DNA of 62,983 nt, the filler included, from Sphacelaria rigidula (taxonomy: Eukaryota): assembly GCA_964200075.2 (NCBI GenBank). It is 2 parts of 2 records of this genome, joined end to end, with 100 filler letters (N's around TTAATTAATTAA, not from the genome) between each part and the next. Parts side by side here need not be neighbours in the genome. Positions count along the whole stretch, not along the records: positions 31,623 to 62,983 come from CAXNAA020000050.1; 1 more part is not named here. One strand, written 5' to 3'. The notes below the pieces were generated by a model. It searched no databases. It was not told the origin of the DNA and was given only the letters and a program-made list of their open reading frames with translations. This document shows positions 52,462-62,983 of the stretch, piece by piece (position 1 is the first letter of the stretch; each line of letters starts with the position of its first letter). The translations under genes were made by a program, and so were the position numbers.

Positions 52462-52860
52462 TTTCCTCTGTTCCGAAATATAGGCTCTCCCAGAGAAGGA
52501 GAGGCATACGTTTGACCCGAATGCGAGTTTTTTGGTGTTTTCGTGATGACCCGAAGAACACCCCAAAACCGAGGTCTTTGATCAGTCCACAGTACAACAC
52601 CACCCATACCCTCGGTGACCACAGAGTCCCTGGCCGAAGAGAGGAAGAAACACTGGTTGGAGGCCTTCCCCCTGATTATTCTTAATCGCCTTGGGCCGCT
52701 CCTTATAATGGACAAAAATAAAAAATCTGGAGAAATGTCTTTTTGGAGCTTTCACGTCGTCCTACGCCCCAAGAGAGGGCTAGGCGGAATTTCGCATACT
52801 TCCTGAAGCGAGCTTATACTCCCGATATTTCCGAGAGCCTATATTTCCGAACAGAGGGAG
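52462..52860. mobile_element. Stowaway/Tc1-mariner-like MITE
   Basis: CCTCTGTTCCGAAATATAGGCTCTC (52465-52489) is inverted at 52833-52857, 24/25 match. The right end reads GAACAGAGGGAG|TA. Confidence 0.75.
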
Positions 52861-53516
52861 TATGATTTTGCGTGAACACCTGTCTTCGGATCTTGAGAGG
52901 GACTGACAGTCCCCAGTGCTTCTAGCGCGCGCAATTGTCCAAGGCGTAGGTTTGAGGTCTCAACGCACAGGGAAGGGAACCCCTTGCAAACAATTCTCGG
53001 GGTTTCGTGCATTGGGGTTGGGGTTTGCGCCACTTTTCAATAATGTATTTCCCAAAAAGTATCTGATCTGATGAAGGAGTGATGTTGGACCATTTTTTGT
53101 GCGTGTTTCAGACCTTGAGAAAGCTGCCCAAATCGTAATCTCTTGCGAAGAATAACCTCCAGATGTGATTCTGATGATGACCCCTTGTTCCGAGTGTTCC
53201 GCTCTCATCATACCTCACGTGTGCAAAACGTGTGATGTTGGCGCCTGCGTACGACCCGCAGATATGATACCCCCGTCGATTTTGGAGGATGACAATAGTG
53301 TAAGCGTAGCTGGCCGCTAGCCGACCGTCTAGACTGCTTTATGTTGAATCCGATGGGATTCTAATTTCAGGACCATGCAAACTCCATCCAACTCATTCTC
53401 AGCTACTACCGCAACCCTGCAGCACAGAGCACGAGTGGAGCACAGGGATGGATACGCTGCAGTAGTTGATATGCTTTGTTTATTTTTTGTTGGCGAAAAC
53501 TTGCGCATCTTCTATC

Positions 53517-56500
53517 ATGGTTAGTCACCAGGGACGGAACTGCGTGGTAGGTAAGGCCGAGTTGCGTGCACGCTCATGTACAGTGCAGGCAGCACAAAGC
53601 TGCACCTTGCTGAAGTCCTTTTGACGTTGCATTTCAAGCAGAGAGAGCTGATAGTTCAGGGCTGTCTGTACTCAAGGCACCCTGCTTTTAAGCAGTGCCG
53701 ACAGTACGGACTGTACTGTACTGTACTGTAGACGAATAACCACGATTCCACTTCCCCATCTTTTCGATCGATAAGAAAAGTGCGAAGACACGCCCTAATT
53801 GCCCATCTTACAGTTTGCAACTAAGGTCAAACAGTGTGCAGACAGACGAGGTACGGAGACGTGCCGAAGCGCCGTGCACATGCAGGCAGCGGCAACAAGC
53901 CCTTGGATTCAAATAGTTGCCGGGTAGTCGTGGTCCCCTTTCTTGGGTAATGATCTCGTGGGTGTATGTATGCCGTTACGTGCAACAATTTGACAGACAA
54001 ATCCCTGCTGCAAAAAAAAGCGACGCTTAGATAACTTGGATGTTAGATTCGCGTGGGCGATGATATGTTGTACTCAGCATGTTCCTGCGAGGGTGACGGT
54101 TTGTTTGGTCAGGGCGCCGTGTGCTTTCAACTGAAGGTTCTCTCCAAACCCGTGGATTACCACTTGCTTCGTCGGATCGACAAGGCGTGTTCGTTGACGG
54201 ATTGACAAACCGTGCTTGTTTTCGGATTGACGGGCAAAGCGCCAGGACGGCGGTTGATCGGATAGACGAATCGAAACTCCGGATATTATGATCTCCAACG
54301 GCCAGCCGTCAAATGCCCTAGAAGTGGAAAATACGAACCGGAAGAAACGGCCTAACTCTTGGGAAGGAAAAAACTTCTGTTGCTTCTGTTTAAAAAAAAA
54401 TGCCCTACGAGCTAGGCCAGCTCAAAGTTGCTCAGACCACAACTTCCCCAGTTTCCGGAATAAATCCGATGTAAGCGTATCTTCTTGAACTGTAGACCCA
54501 CTTGATGACAAGGGACTGCGTCGCTGTTCGATTGGTGTTGTATTGCCGGTGACGTTGTTGGACTGCGTAAAGTATGGGGTGCGTCTCATATCGTTGGGCA
54601 ATAGCGTGTCGGAGTGCTTTCGTTTTTTCATGCGGTGAGTTCACGTCAGCAATCACCCCGCACTAGGTATATGTGGGGTACAGCAGCGTCATTCAAAACG
54701 TTGCACGCACGGCCCAATTCGACTACTCGCTGATATTTCACGGCGACCTTCTGCACCCAAGAAAGTGATATATCCAGGGAGCAGGTGCAGATTTTCATTT
54801 TTTTTTTCCTGGACTTGGGCGGGGTCTTATCGGTACTGATCATCACTTTTCACAAAATCACTTTAGGAGAAGTGATGACCCCCGCAACGACCAGTGCTGC
54901 GTCTATCAACAAGCATTTTTGTCCAGCTCGAAGCCCACATCTTCACACGGGTGAAAAATGCGGCGGTTCTGAAAGTTGCCGTTAGTCCAATACCCCTGTT
55001 CTGCTGCGGACAAGACGCAACGAGGTAGCACAGCGCCGACACTCCGAGCCACGAAAACCGATGCATAGACACCCACCACTCAGGCGCATTAGCTCAAGCG
55101 CCATCTTTTCACCATGGCGATCATAATGAGCTGCTGTCAAAATGTCAGCGTCCAACTCCAAATTTCACGCCGTGCGTCGCCTGAGCGAGAAAACTGCCCA
55201 TTGTTGGCTGGCCCAGCTCGTATACATCGTCCATACCAAATTTTACGCTTTAACTCTTTATATCGGCCCGCGCACTCATTTGTTGCTTGCCTTAGTCGTG
55301 TGACCATCGAGCACGCATCCCTTGGAGACGGGGCAATGTCCTTGGTGGGTGGGGGGGGAGTCGACGAAACCGAGAAATGGCAGGAAAAATCTTGCGTTGC
55401 GTTCCCCCTCCCCTATCCCGTCCCAAAGTGTAGACAAACATATCACGAAGTCGAACACTCTTTCTGAAATCTTGGCCGACTCTTCTCCTCTCGTGTACCT
55501 TTTTTCTGTCGTCATTGGCATTGCCGTCACAGTCCTCCGGCGTGACGGTGAACGATGAGGCGGTGGATGCCTTCAACGCCTTCAAGCTGCACAGGGCGCC
55601 GCACGACAACCGATACTTTGTCTACAAGATCGAAAATGATGCGGAGATAGTGGTGGACACCTTCGGGGACAAGACGAAGACCTACGACGACTTCTGTGCT
55701 TGCCTCCCGCCGAACGAATGCCGCTACGGCGTGTTCGACCTGGACTTCACCACGCAGGACGGACGCAAGGGGAACAAGCTGGTATTCATTTCGTGGTCCC
55801 CAGACACGGCTAAGATCAAGAACAAGATGGTCTACGCCGCGTCGAAGGTACTGCTTCATTATTTTCATCAAGATTTTTTATGTCATGCCTCAGGATGAAA
55901 GCTACTCTATTGATCTTCCACTTTTGACGCCTACATTCACGTCTCCCCGACTACGGCGTTTTTCTCGGAGTAAGCGCCCTTGGTCGCTAGTCTCCAGCTG
56001 TTTTGAACGGTATGATGGCTTTCGTTTTGTTGTGTACTTCCTGCCATTGCGGACGTGACGTATATGACATGACCGACAAACACGAACGTCCTGGGGTGAG
56101 GATGTGTTGCTGTAGTGTGATTGGCTCCACCCGCGTACGTGGGTTGCGACCCTGCGTTCTTCACACCCTTGTTTTCCCCTCATCCTGAGCTACTGTCGTA
56201 CTAGTGTCCGGTCAAGCTTTGTTCGCCTTTTTTTTGCTATACCATGAGTTTATGAATCTGTATATATGGATCACATATAAAAAGTAATACCTGACTGGTG
56301 TCCAACAAGCGTTCTTCGCCCTTCTTACTCTGGGGACATCGTGACATGGTCGAACTGCATTGCACAAGGTCTCGGGCGTGGATGCTGATCCCCAGCGGCC
56401 GCGCCACCGCGGTCCAACCGTCGGTCGCAAGTGAAACCCGTTGAAGCGGAAGATGATGGGCTGAAATGAAAGCGCCGTAGGTACATGCTTGATGTTTTTT

Positions 56501-57258
56501 CGCTCAAGTATAGCAGTCTACGCTTTGTTGACGTGCTGACCCACAGTAGCACTTGGAGTCAAGTGATTTTGACGCGTTGCGGGAGTATTTATCTGGTCCA
56601 CGACACCGAAAACGTACGGCATGTACGGGCGAACAAAGGAAGTGATCTCTCGAGACCACGCACTCGTTCCGAGGAACGCGAAGGGGTCAAGTGTACTCAA
56701 CACGAAGTCGTCGAGTTGGCAGAAGACAAGAGAAAATGATGGGGGGTGGTGAGCCGCGGAGAGAGGTGACAAACTCACGGGAATGTACTCGGTGAGTATT
56801 GTTGGTATGTCAAGCCAGCACACGCGAGAGACATGAGCGGGACAGGCGCACAACCGTACTCACCGCAAAGCCGACGAACGACTTTTCCTCTCCAAAACCT
56901 ATCCTCGTCAACTACTCGCGAAAATACTTGGAGAAGGCGGCAGGGAGTGACGCGAACTATTTTGGTGTGGTATGGATACCACCACACAAAAAAGATGTTC
57001 CCACTGTTCACGTCCAGGTTTCACCATCCTTTCTCGCAAAATGTCGTCAACCATCTTGATACAGTGATTTATCATGGTGATGAATGATTTATTTCACATG
57101 CACCCGCGCCGCCTCCCGTCCCTCCCCCCGCCTGAAAACTTGGCGAAAAATAGGAGGCCATCAAGGCAGCACTCATGGGCATTGGAATACACCTCCAGGC
57201 TACCGACCAGGGAGAGCTCGAGCTCGAACACATCAAGGCTCAAGTGCAGAGAGTCTGA
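53517..57258 (+). CDS. ADF: Cofilin / actin-depolymerizing factor, 140 aa
   Basis: Exon 55533-55847 encodes SSGVTVNDEAVDAFNAFK..ECRYGVFD..KLVFISWSPDTAKIKNKMVYAASK. Exon 57154-57258 encodes EAIKAALMGIGIHLQATD..stop. The initiator ATG is inferred at 53517-53519, followed by GTTAGT; that exon is less certain. Confidence 0.92.
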
Positions 57259-57500
57259 CGTGTCGTGGCTGAAAAAAAATACATACCTTCACACAAAAAA
57301 CCTGTCAACCTCAGCTCTCGTTGTTGCTCGTGAGGCTTGAGAGACTGATGAAATATTATATGTGACGGTACTGAAGAACAGACATAAGATTAGGGCTACT
57401 GACAGCGATAAAGTAATGTCATCATGAGGTCATGGTTGCGGGGCGAGGTGGGGCCGGGGGAAGGTAGTTTCAGAGGAAGCGAAGATTTTGAATGACTAGT

Positions 57501-57684
57501 GGAGAGGAGCTCGGGGGGGGGGGGGATGGGCGCCTACAGGGGTGGGGGGAGGAGGCCAAGGGGAGGGACCTCGGTGTNNNNNNNNNNGCCTTGTGCTCTC
57601 CGGATCTGAGAGGAGCTGGGGGGGGGGGGGCATGGACGCCTACAGGGTTGGGAGTAGAAGGCAACGTGTAGGAACCTCGTTGTC
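57501..57684. repeat. G-rich tandem repeat spanning a 10-N gap
   Basis: GAGAGGAGCT-(G)n-ATGG.CGCCTACAGGG.TGGG...ACCTCG.TGT occurs at ~57502 and ~57608. Confidence 0.75.
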
Positions 57685-59496
57685 CGCTCAATTGTGTGGT
57701 GTCGCTAGTTGCGTTCCGTAGGTTTCTTCCTACATACCCCTTACTTCGTTCCTCGGCCCTGAGTGGAGGGGTGACCTCGTCCCCTCCTGCTTTGTTTTTG
57801 GCTCGCTTCTGTCGAGATCGGGGAGGCGAAAGAGAAATCGCACACTCGCCGCCGCCCCTGTGCGATGGCCTTTTTTGATGACACACACTCCTTTCCCCCA
57901 TCCCACCCCGTCTCCTTCCCCCCACTTCGTCGTGTACAGTACAATAGGCAGAAGTGTCGAGGAGATGTTTAAAATGAACTTTTATTAACGGCATGGTTGA
58001 GGAAATGTCCGTGGCGAGGCAAAATTTTGGACACGTGATTTCCCGGTCATATGTTGTCGGGTGGTTTTGGGCGGGGGATTTTTGCTTTTTGCTTTTTTGC
58101 GTTCGGGAGGACGAGGAAACGGGAAGGGGAGGGATGCGGGACGGGGGGGAGTGATTTTGTCGCCTAATTGCGGAAACGGCCGGATTGTGTTTTTTAAAAA
58201 TGAAAATCGCCCGCTATTCAGGGGCGCTGAAACGTTCGGCGCTCAGCACGATTGACTTGAGATACCAGGATGGGTGTAGCTCATGGTTGTAGCCGACACC
58301 GCCGTTTGTTGGCTGGACGGTACTGTCATATCGTGTTGAGATATTCCGTCAAGTATGGGTGAGGTGGGGTGGGAGGGCGGTCGTGGTGTAAGGGTACAAA
58401 TGTGTCTTGCGCTTGGTGTTTCTGGACTCGGAAAATGGGGATCCGTCCGATTTCACGGGCGTTTCTATAGCTGAATTGTTCTGTATAGTGAGTTAGGTGA
58501 GGGCGAAGAGAGGATTTGAAGAAGTGGAGACAATGAGGAAGGAAAATCAACAGCTCTTCATTTTGATCTGATGGCTCCCGATCGTTCCCGTCTGTATGGG
58601 AGATGAGAAAAAAATATTAGAGTATCCATATATGTACTCAAGCACTAGTAGTATGGGTGGAGGATTAATCTGACGAGTGTACCGGACAAGGTTACCTGGG
58701 GAAGAAGCTAAAAAGTACTTGTGAAATAAAAAAAAGCACCAGCTTGTGTTGACGTTCACCCCACTTTCGTGGGCACCTACTTTGAACCAACCTCTTGTCC
58801 TCTGCTGGGGTCGCTCGGTGGGTAGAAATCCGTCCGAATTATTTTCTTGTTCTCTTAACGCAGACGTGACTTTCCTAATCCAGTTTTCAAACAGGAGATT
58901 CAACGTCCTCTGGGCACCTTGAGCGACCATGCCGTGTTGGCCTCCCTCCACCCCTTACCCCGAACCCTAATCAAGCGTCGTTGATCGAAGTTGGAAGATT
59001 CGGGCAGGCATCGCCCGAGTTACGTGTGTAACCCTCTGTGGGGATGCAATGATATTCACTTTGACAACAAGTGAGAGAAGCAGTGTAACATCGAAAGCGG
59101 AGGTTACGCCAACTGCTCGACGAATTTCACGCTTCAACAATTGATCAAAAGCGTCGCCTCGGAACAGTCTCACAGATTGGCATGCCGGGGAGATCCGGGG
59201 GTTTTCCAAGGGCGGAGGTGTTAGGGGGGGGCTTGTCCGCAGAGCAGCGGGGAAGTTCATCAAGTCAACCATGTGTGTCTGGAAGTTTCCTGAGGAAGAT
59301 TTTAGGCCCGAGCTGTGGAGAATGACACTGACAATTTTTGCTGTCTCGCGGTGTTTCTCATGAGCCGTTGCAAATCTACAGCAGATGACATGTGCATGTA
59401 CGTGTTTTTCACTCTGCTCATGTGATGGACTCCCGTGTTACAAACTATTTGGTGACTTTTACCGCACCTAGTTAATAACACGGGCAATTCCACCAC

Positions 59497-59768
59497 AGGA
59501 TGAGAACCCGAGCAATTAAAATCTTCGTATCCTCATCGTAAATTCGAAACATGGTTCAGCTTTTCACTTGCTGGTACCTATCGAAAATCACCACACGCCA
59601 TGCGAATTTGGATTTCGATAACCCAATCCCGAAATTGTTTCTCCGCCTAGGACGCCGACGTGTCGGTTATCGAAATCCAAGTCGGTATAGTGTTAGGTGA
59701 AGGAATGGAACTATATTTCGAAGATTTGATGTGGATACGAAGGTTTTTATTCCCCGTGTTCTCATCCT
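59497..59768. mobile_element. Foldback (long palindromic) MITE-like element
   Basis: Outer arms AGGATGAGAAC...CTTCGTATCC.CATC...TTCGAAA pair with 59708-59768. The inner perfect 16-bp arms are TTGGATTTCGATAACC (59618-59633) and GGTTATCGAAATCCAA (59665-59680). Confidence 0.8.
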
Positions 59769-60510
59769 CAATGAAATATGGATCCCCAATTTGTATAATC
59801 CTGTGTTAAAAGCTAATTAATGTCCCAAGTCCGTCTAGCTGTTTAGGCCGCGAACTTGGATTTTACCCCGCAGTGTTGCAATCCCTGTAATCAACGCTGC
59901 TCACTTGCCCGGAATAATACCCATCGGAAGTCCGCAAGGAGGGCTATCGGCTATTATTATGGGTAGGAAGAGCTGTAGCTCGGTGCTTGCGCCCATTTAA
60001 GCCCTCCCAACGCATGCAGTACTTCTCCTAGGACATCATGTTTACCCCCTATCCCGAGCGTTCTCGAAATCCTCAGGTTGGGATTGGGATAGAGTGTGAC
60101 AAAATTGCACGTTCATCCATGAAAAGTTTCGACGGGTTCGCGAAACGCTTCTAAAAAATATGGCGACGGTGGCGGTAGGGAGGAGCTTCGATTTCTGTGG
60201 CTTGTGCCGGCGTGAGGCCGTGAGGGACTGCTGAAGGGCTCAATTTTTTTTTCAGACCGTGTTATTACCAACAGAGTACAGAGAACGGAGGTACGTGTGT
60301 GCACCCTTCGCCAGCATGAATGTTTTTATCCATGAGCCGCAGCCGTGAAGAACAGCCCGCACGTTCGCGAGGGGGGTGGTTTTTATACAAACTCTCCCAA
60401 CACCACGACACGTAACATATATGGAAAACAACAGGTGAAGTGAATTCCGTGAGACACGCACACGACCAGCCCACTGCAACGGTTGTACAGAATCGCCCTC
60501 AGACACATAA

Positions 60511-60813
60511 AACAATGTTTTCGTGAGATTGAGAGTAGAGAATACGATTGAGAGTAAAAAGCGGTCAACTAGTGAATGAATCGTTTCGGTTCCGAAATGT
60601 CCCTCCGCGAGGCCCGATAATATGCTTTCTGTAGTAGCTTGCCACTAAGGCCCTTGATATCCCTGAGAAGGATATCGACGTGTAGCTGTAAGCACACGCT
60701 AGTGATAGAGGTGAAGAAAAACACACACGGAATGACGAAATGGCCAAGTTAGATCGAATGACCGAAGTCACTCTCAATTAGCGCTCTGCTCTCAATCTCA
60801 CGAAAACGTTGTT
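60511..60813. mobile_element. MITE with ~55-bp inverted termini
   Basis: AACAATGTTTTCGTGAGATTGAGAGTAGAG (60511-60540) is inverted at 60784-60813, 28/30 match. A second copy lies at 40988-41218. Confidence 0.8.
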
Positions 60814-62983
60814 ATTATATACACACAAACATGTTACGAGAGGAAAATGGTCCGTAGTTTCCTGATCGGGTTGAAAGAAAACGTGAAATCTGATCGGCGA
60901 GTATTCAAGTATTCCTCGGTTGACGTTTGGACCCGACCACCAGGGGGATACAAAACCGGTACCCAGCATTTTGCGGGTCTCCTCGATTTCGGTAACTTTC
61001 ACTGTTGTTTGGGAATTCCTGGCACCAAGTTATGGTGCAAGTATAGCTAATAGGTATCGCTTTCCCCCCCGTACGGACACAAGTTTTTTTTTTTGCGAGG
61101 TAGTCTCGGCTGCTTCAGCGACCTGTAAAAGTGCGTGATTTAAACTTCAGGTATCGATCTTTCATGTTGACCGGAGGCAGAGCTGCAGAGTGGCTAACAG
61201 CGGAACCTTTGACGCGAAGAAAGAGCAGGCAGAAAAACAAATGGAATGAGAAAAGTACTTGTTTTCAAACAAATAAGATATTTTTGGTAGAAATCGAACT
61301 CGCCATCTCAAAAAATCGAACGTGTTTATTGCTCACTGTCAAATTGTCCACATCAAACTTATACTCAATGCCGGTCAGAGAGGTGGCATTTTTTTTCCCT
61401 CTTAGTTCTTGTCCACTCCTCTACTTTATTTTTGCGGGGTTTTGAGCTTTGTTCCTGATCTTCTTGTTTCTTGTAATTGTTCTTATATATGCTCCGTTTG
61501 TTTACTACATATTTTTTGGTTCTCTCCATGTTTTTTTTTTTCCTCAGAGAGCATTTTCGTTTGGTTCACCTTGGGCGCGTCTCACTTGTCACCACGACTG
61601 GGCCCCTCTGGGATAAGTTCATGTAGTGTGATAATCATGAACCGCTCGATCATTCAAAAAAATAAGGTGATCCTAAAATTCCATGACCACCTTTTCCTCT
61701 TCCTACATGGTTCAAGTCCACAATAACGTACAACCACAGATCAATTTCCCGAAATCATGATGAGAGAGCACGGTCGGACCCAATTCAGTTCGCAGCGTTT
61801 CAAAGCCGTGCCCGGGGGTCCATCCATTTTTAGTTCACTCGCGCAGACAGGCTGGCCGAGTCAGGCGAAGCGGTCATCAATGTATGAAAGCACCGTCGAC
61901 AATCAAAACCCTCCTGTACTACTCTCACTAGAGAATCAAAAGAGCAAAAAGGAGAAAAGAAGAAAAGCACACAACACACACGCTCATGTGATGCATGATC
62001 CATTTTACCATTCCCCCGGGCAAGTTTTCTCGATGTTTTCATGGCATGCCGTTGCTTGCCAGTCACAACGCTGCGCGCGCGCCCTGGCTCCTATGCCTTC
62101 GAAAAATGCGCCAACAAGAGAAGTTATAATTGTAACCATTGGGGCTCGTCCCCTGTAGTGTTCACCCCCATTCAAACTCACCATGCCCGCCTACTGCAGC
62201 AATCAGGATGCTTTTCCCCGAAAACTCACCTCTATTCAAGAAGAGGTGAACAACAACACTACGCAAAACTGGGTCGCGCACGCCCCCCTTACGCTCGCCC
62301 CCTCTCTTCCGCTCTGCCCACCTCCATTTACCGGTCGGAAGAATGAGAAGCGAGATTCACCGGGATATTTCCATTCACGTCCGGTACACCGGCGCGAACT
62401 TCACGCGCTCTTCTAAAGTCGGCTACGAGTAGTACAATCCTAACGTGGCGACGAAAGAGAGCGGTACGATGCCAAGACTAACCCTTCTTCTGTCACTCCA
62501 ATCGTACCACCGCTTCATGATGACAACGGAGATATTCATCTACTGACCAGACATTACCCCGAGCACCTAGAAACCAACCGAACGATACGAAATAGATCAT
62601 CGACCCCGTCCTGCCCTTCCCCGCTCTCGTGTGCCTTCAAGCCTCCAAGCAGGTTTGATTCTTGTCAGCCAAAGCCCACAACAAGTCGATTTTTTAGTCG
62701 ATGACCTCTAATCATATTTACCGCAACTGCTGCTACTGAAGGCCTCGATCGATATTGCCCGTTTGGCTTACCTGCCTTTGCATCGGTATCATGCACTCCA
62801 CGCAGCGAATCACATGACTTTTTACGCTTTGTTGTCACAATCCCCGCCCCCGTCTCGAAAGGGATGCGTGGTCAATGGTCAAACGACCAGGGCAAGCAAC
62901 AAATGAGTACGCCCCCTTCATGCGCCCCCCCCCCCCCCCCCCCCCCCCTGGCATGCTCTTGATCCCCTCCTTGGCGGGGAATG

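Noticed and set aside
54074..54298. 74-aa antisense ORF in cofilin intron 1
   Set aside because: It has no recognisable motif or splice context, and its length is compatible with chance.
1..62983. CRISPR array, rRNA or prokaryote-style operon/defence system
   Set aside because: There are no regularly spaced repeats with unique spacers and no rRNA motifs. The genes are spliceosomal and eukaryotic.

Overview
Eukaryotic, intron-rich genomic DNA. It is most likely a brown alga such as Ectocarpus (inferred from kb-scale introns, a tandem WSC-domain gene, a bipartite plastid-targeting leader and the repeat content). Spliced protein genes reconstructed by hand: the first exon of a GCN5-like histone acetyltransferase (-); a MAM33/p32 mitochondrial glycoprotein (+); an uncharacterised ~830-aa plastid-targeted repeat-motif protein (-); a glomulin/ALF4-like protein (+); the last exon of a RING-H2 protein (-); the 3' part of a multi-WSC protein (+); a very long divergent cyclin-like protein (-); and cofilin/ADF (+). 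Mobile DNA: a decayed Ty1/copia LTR element (308-5822) that appears to lie in the GCN5 intron, a decayed Ty3/gypsy element with a chromodomain remnant, three copies of a tRNA-derived SINE, and at least six different MITE/foldback elements. An artificial N44-TTAATTAATTAA-N44 linker (31523-31622) joins two scaffolds, so adjacency across it is not established. There is no CRISPR array, rRNA or intact tRNA gene. The best novelty candidates are the plastid repeat protein and the atypical cyclin. All family assignments come from motif recognition, not database searches.
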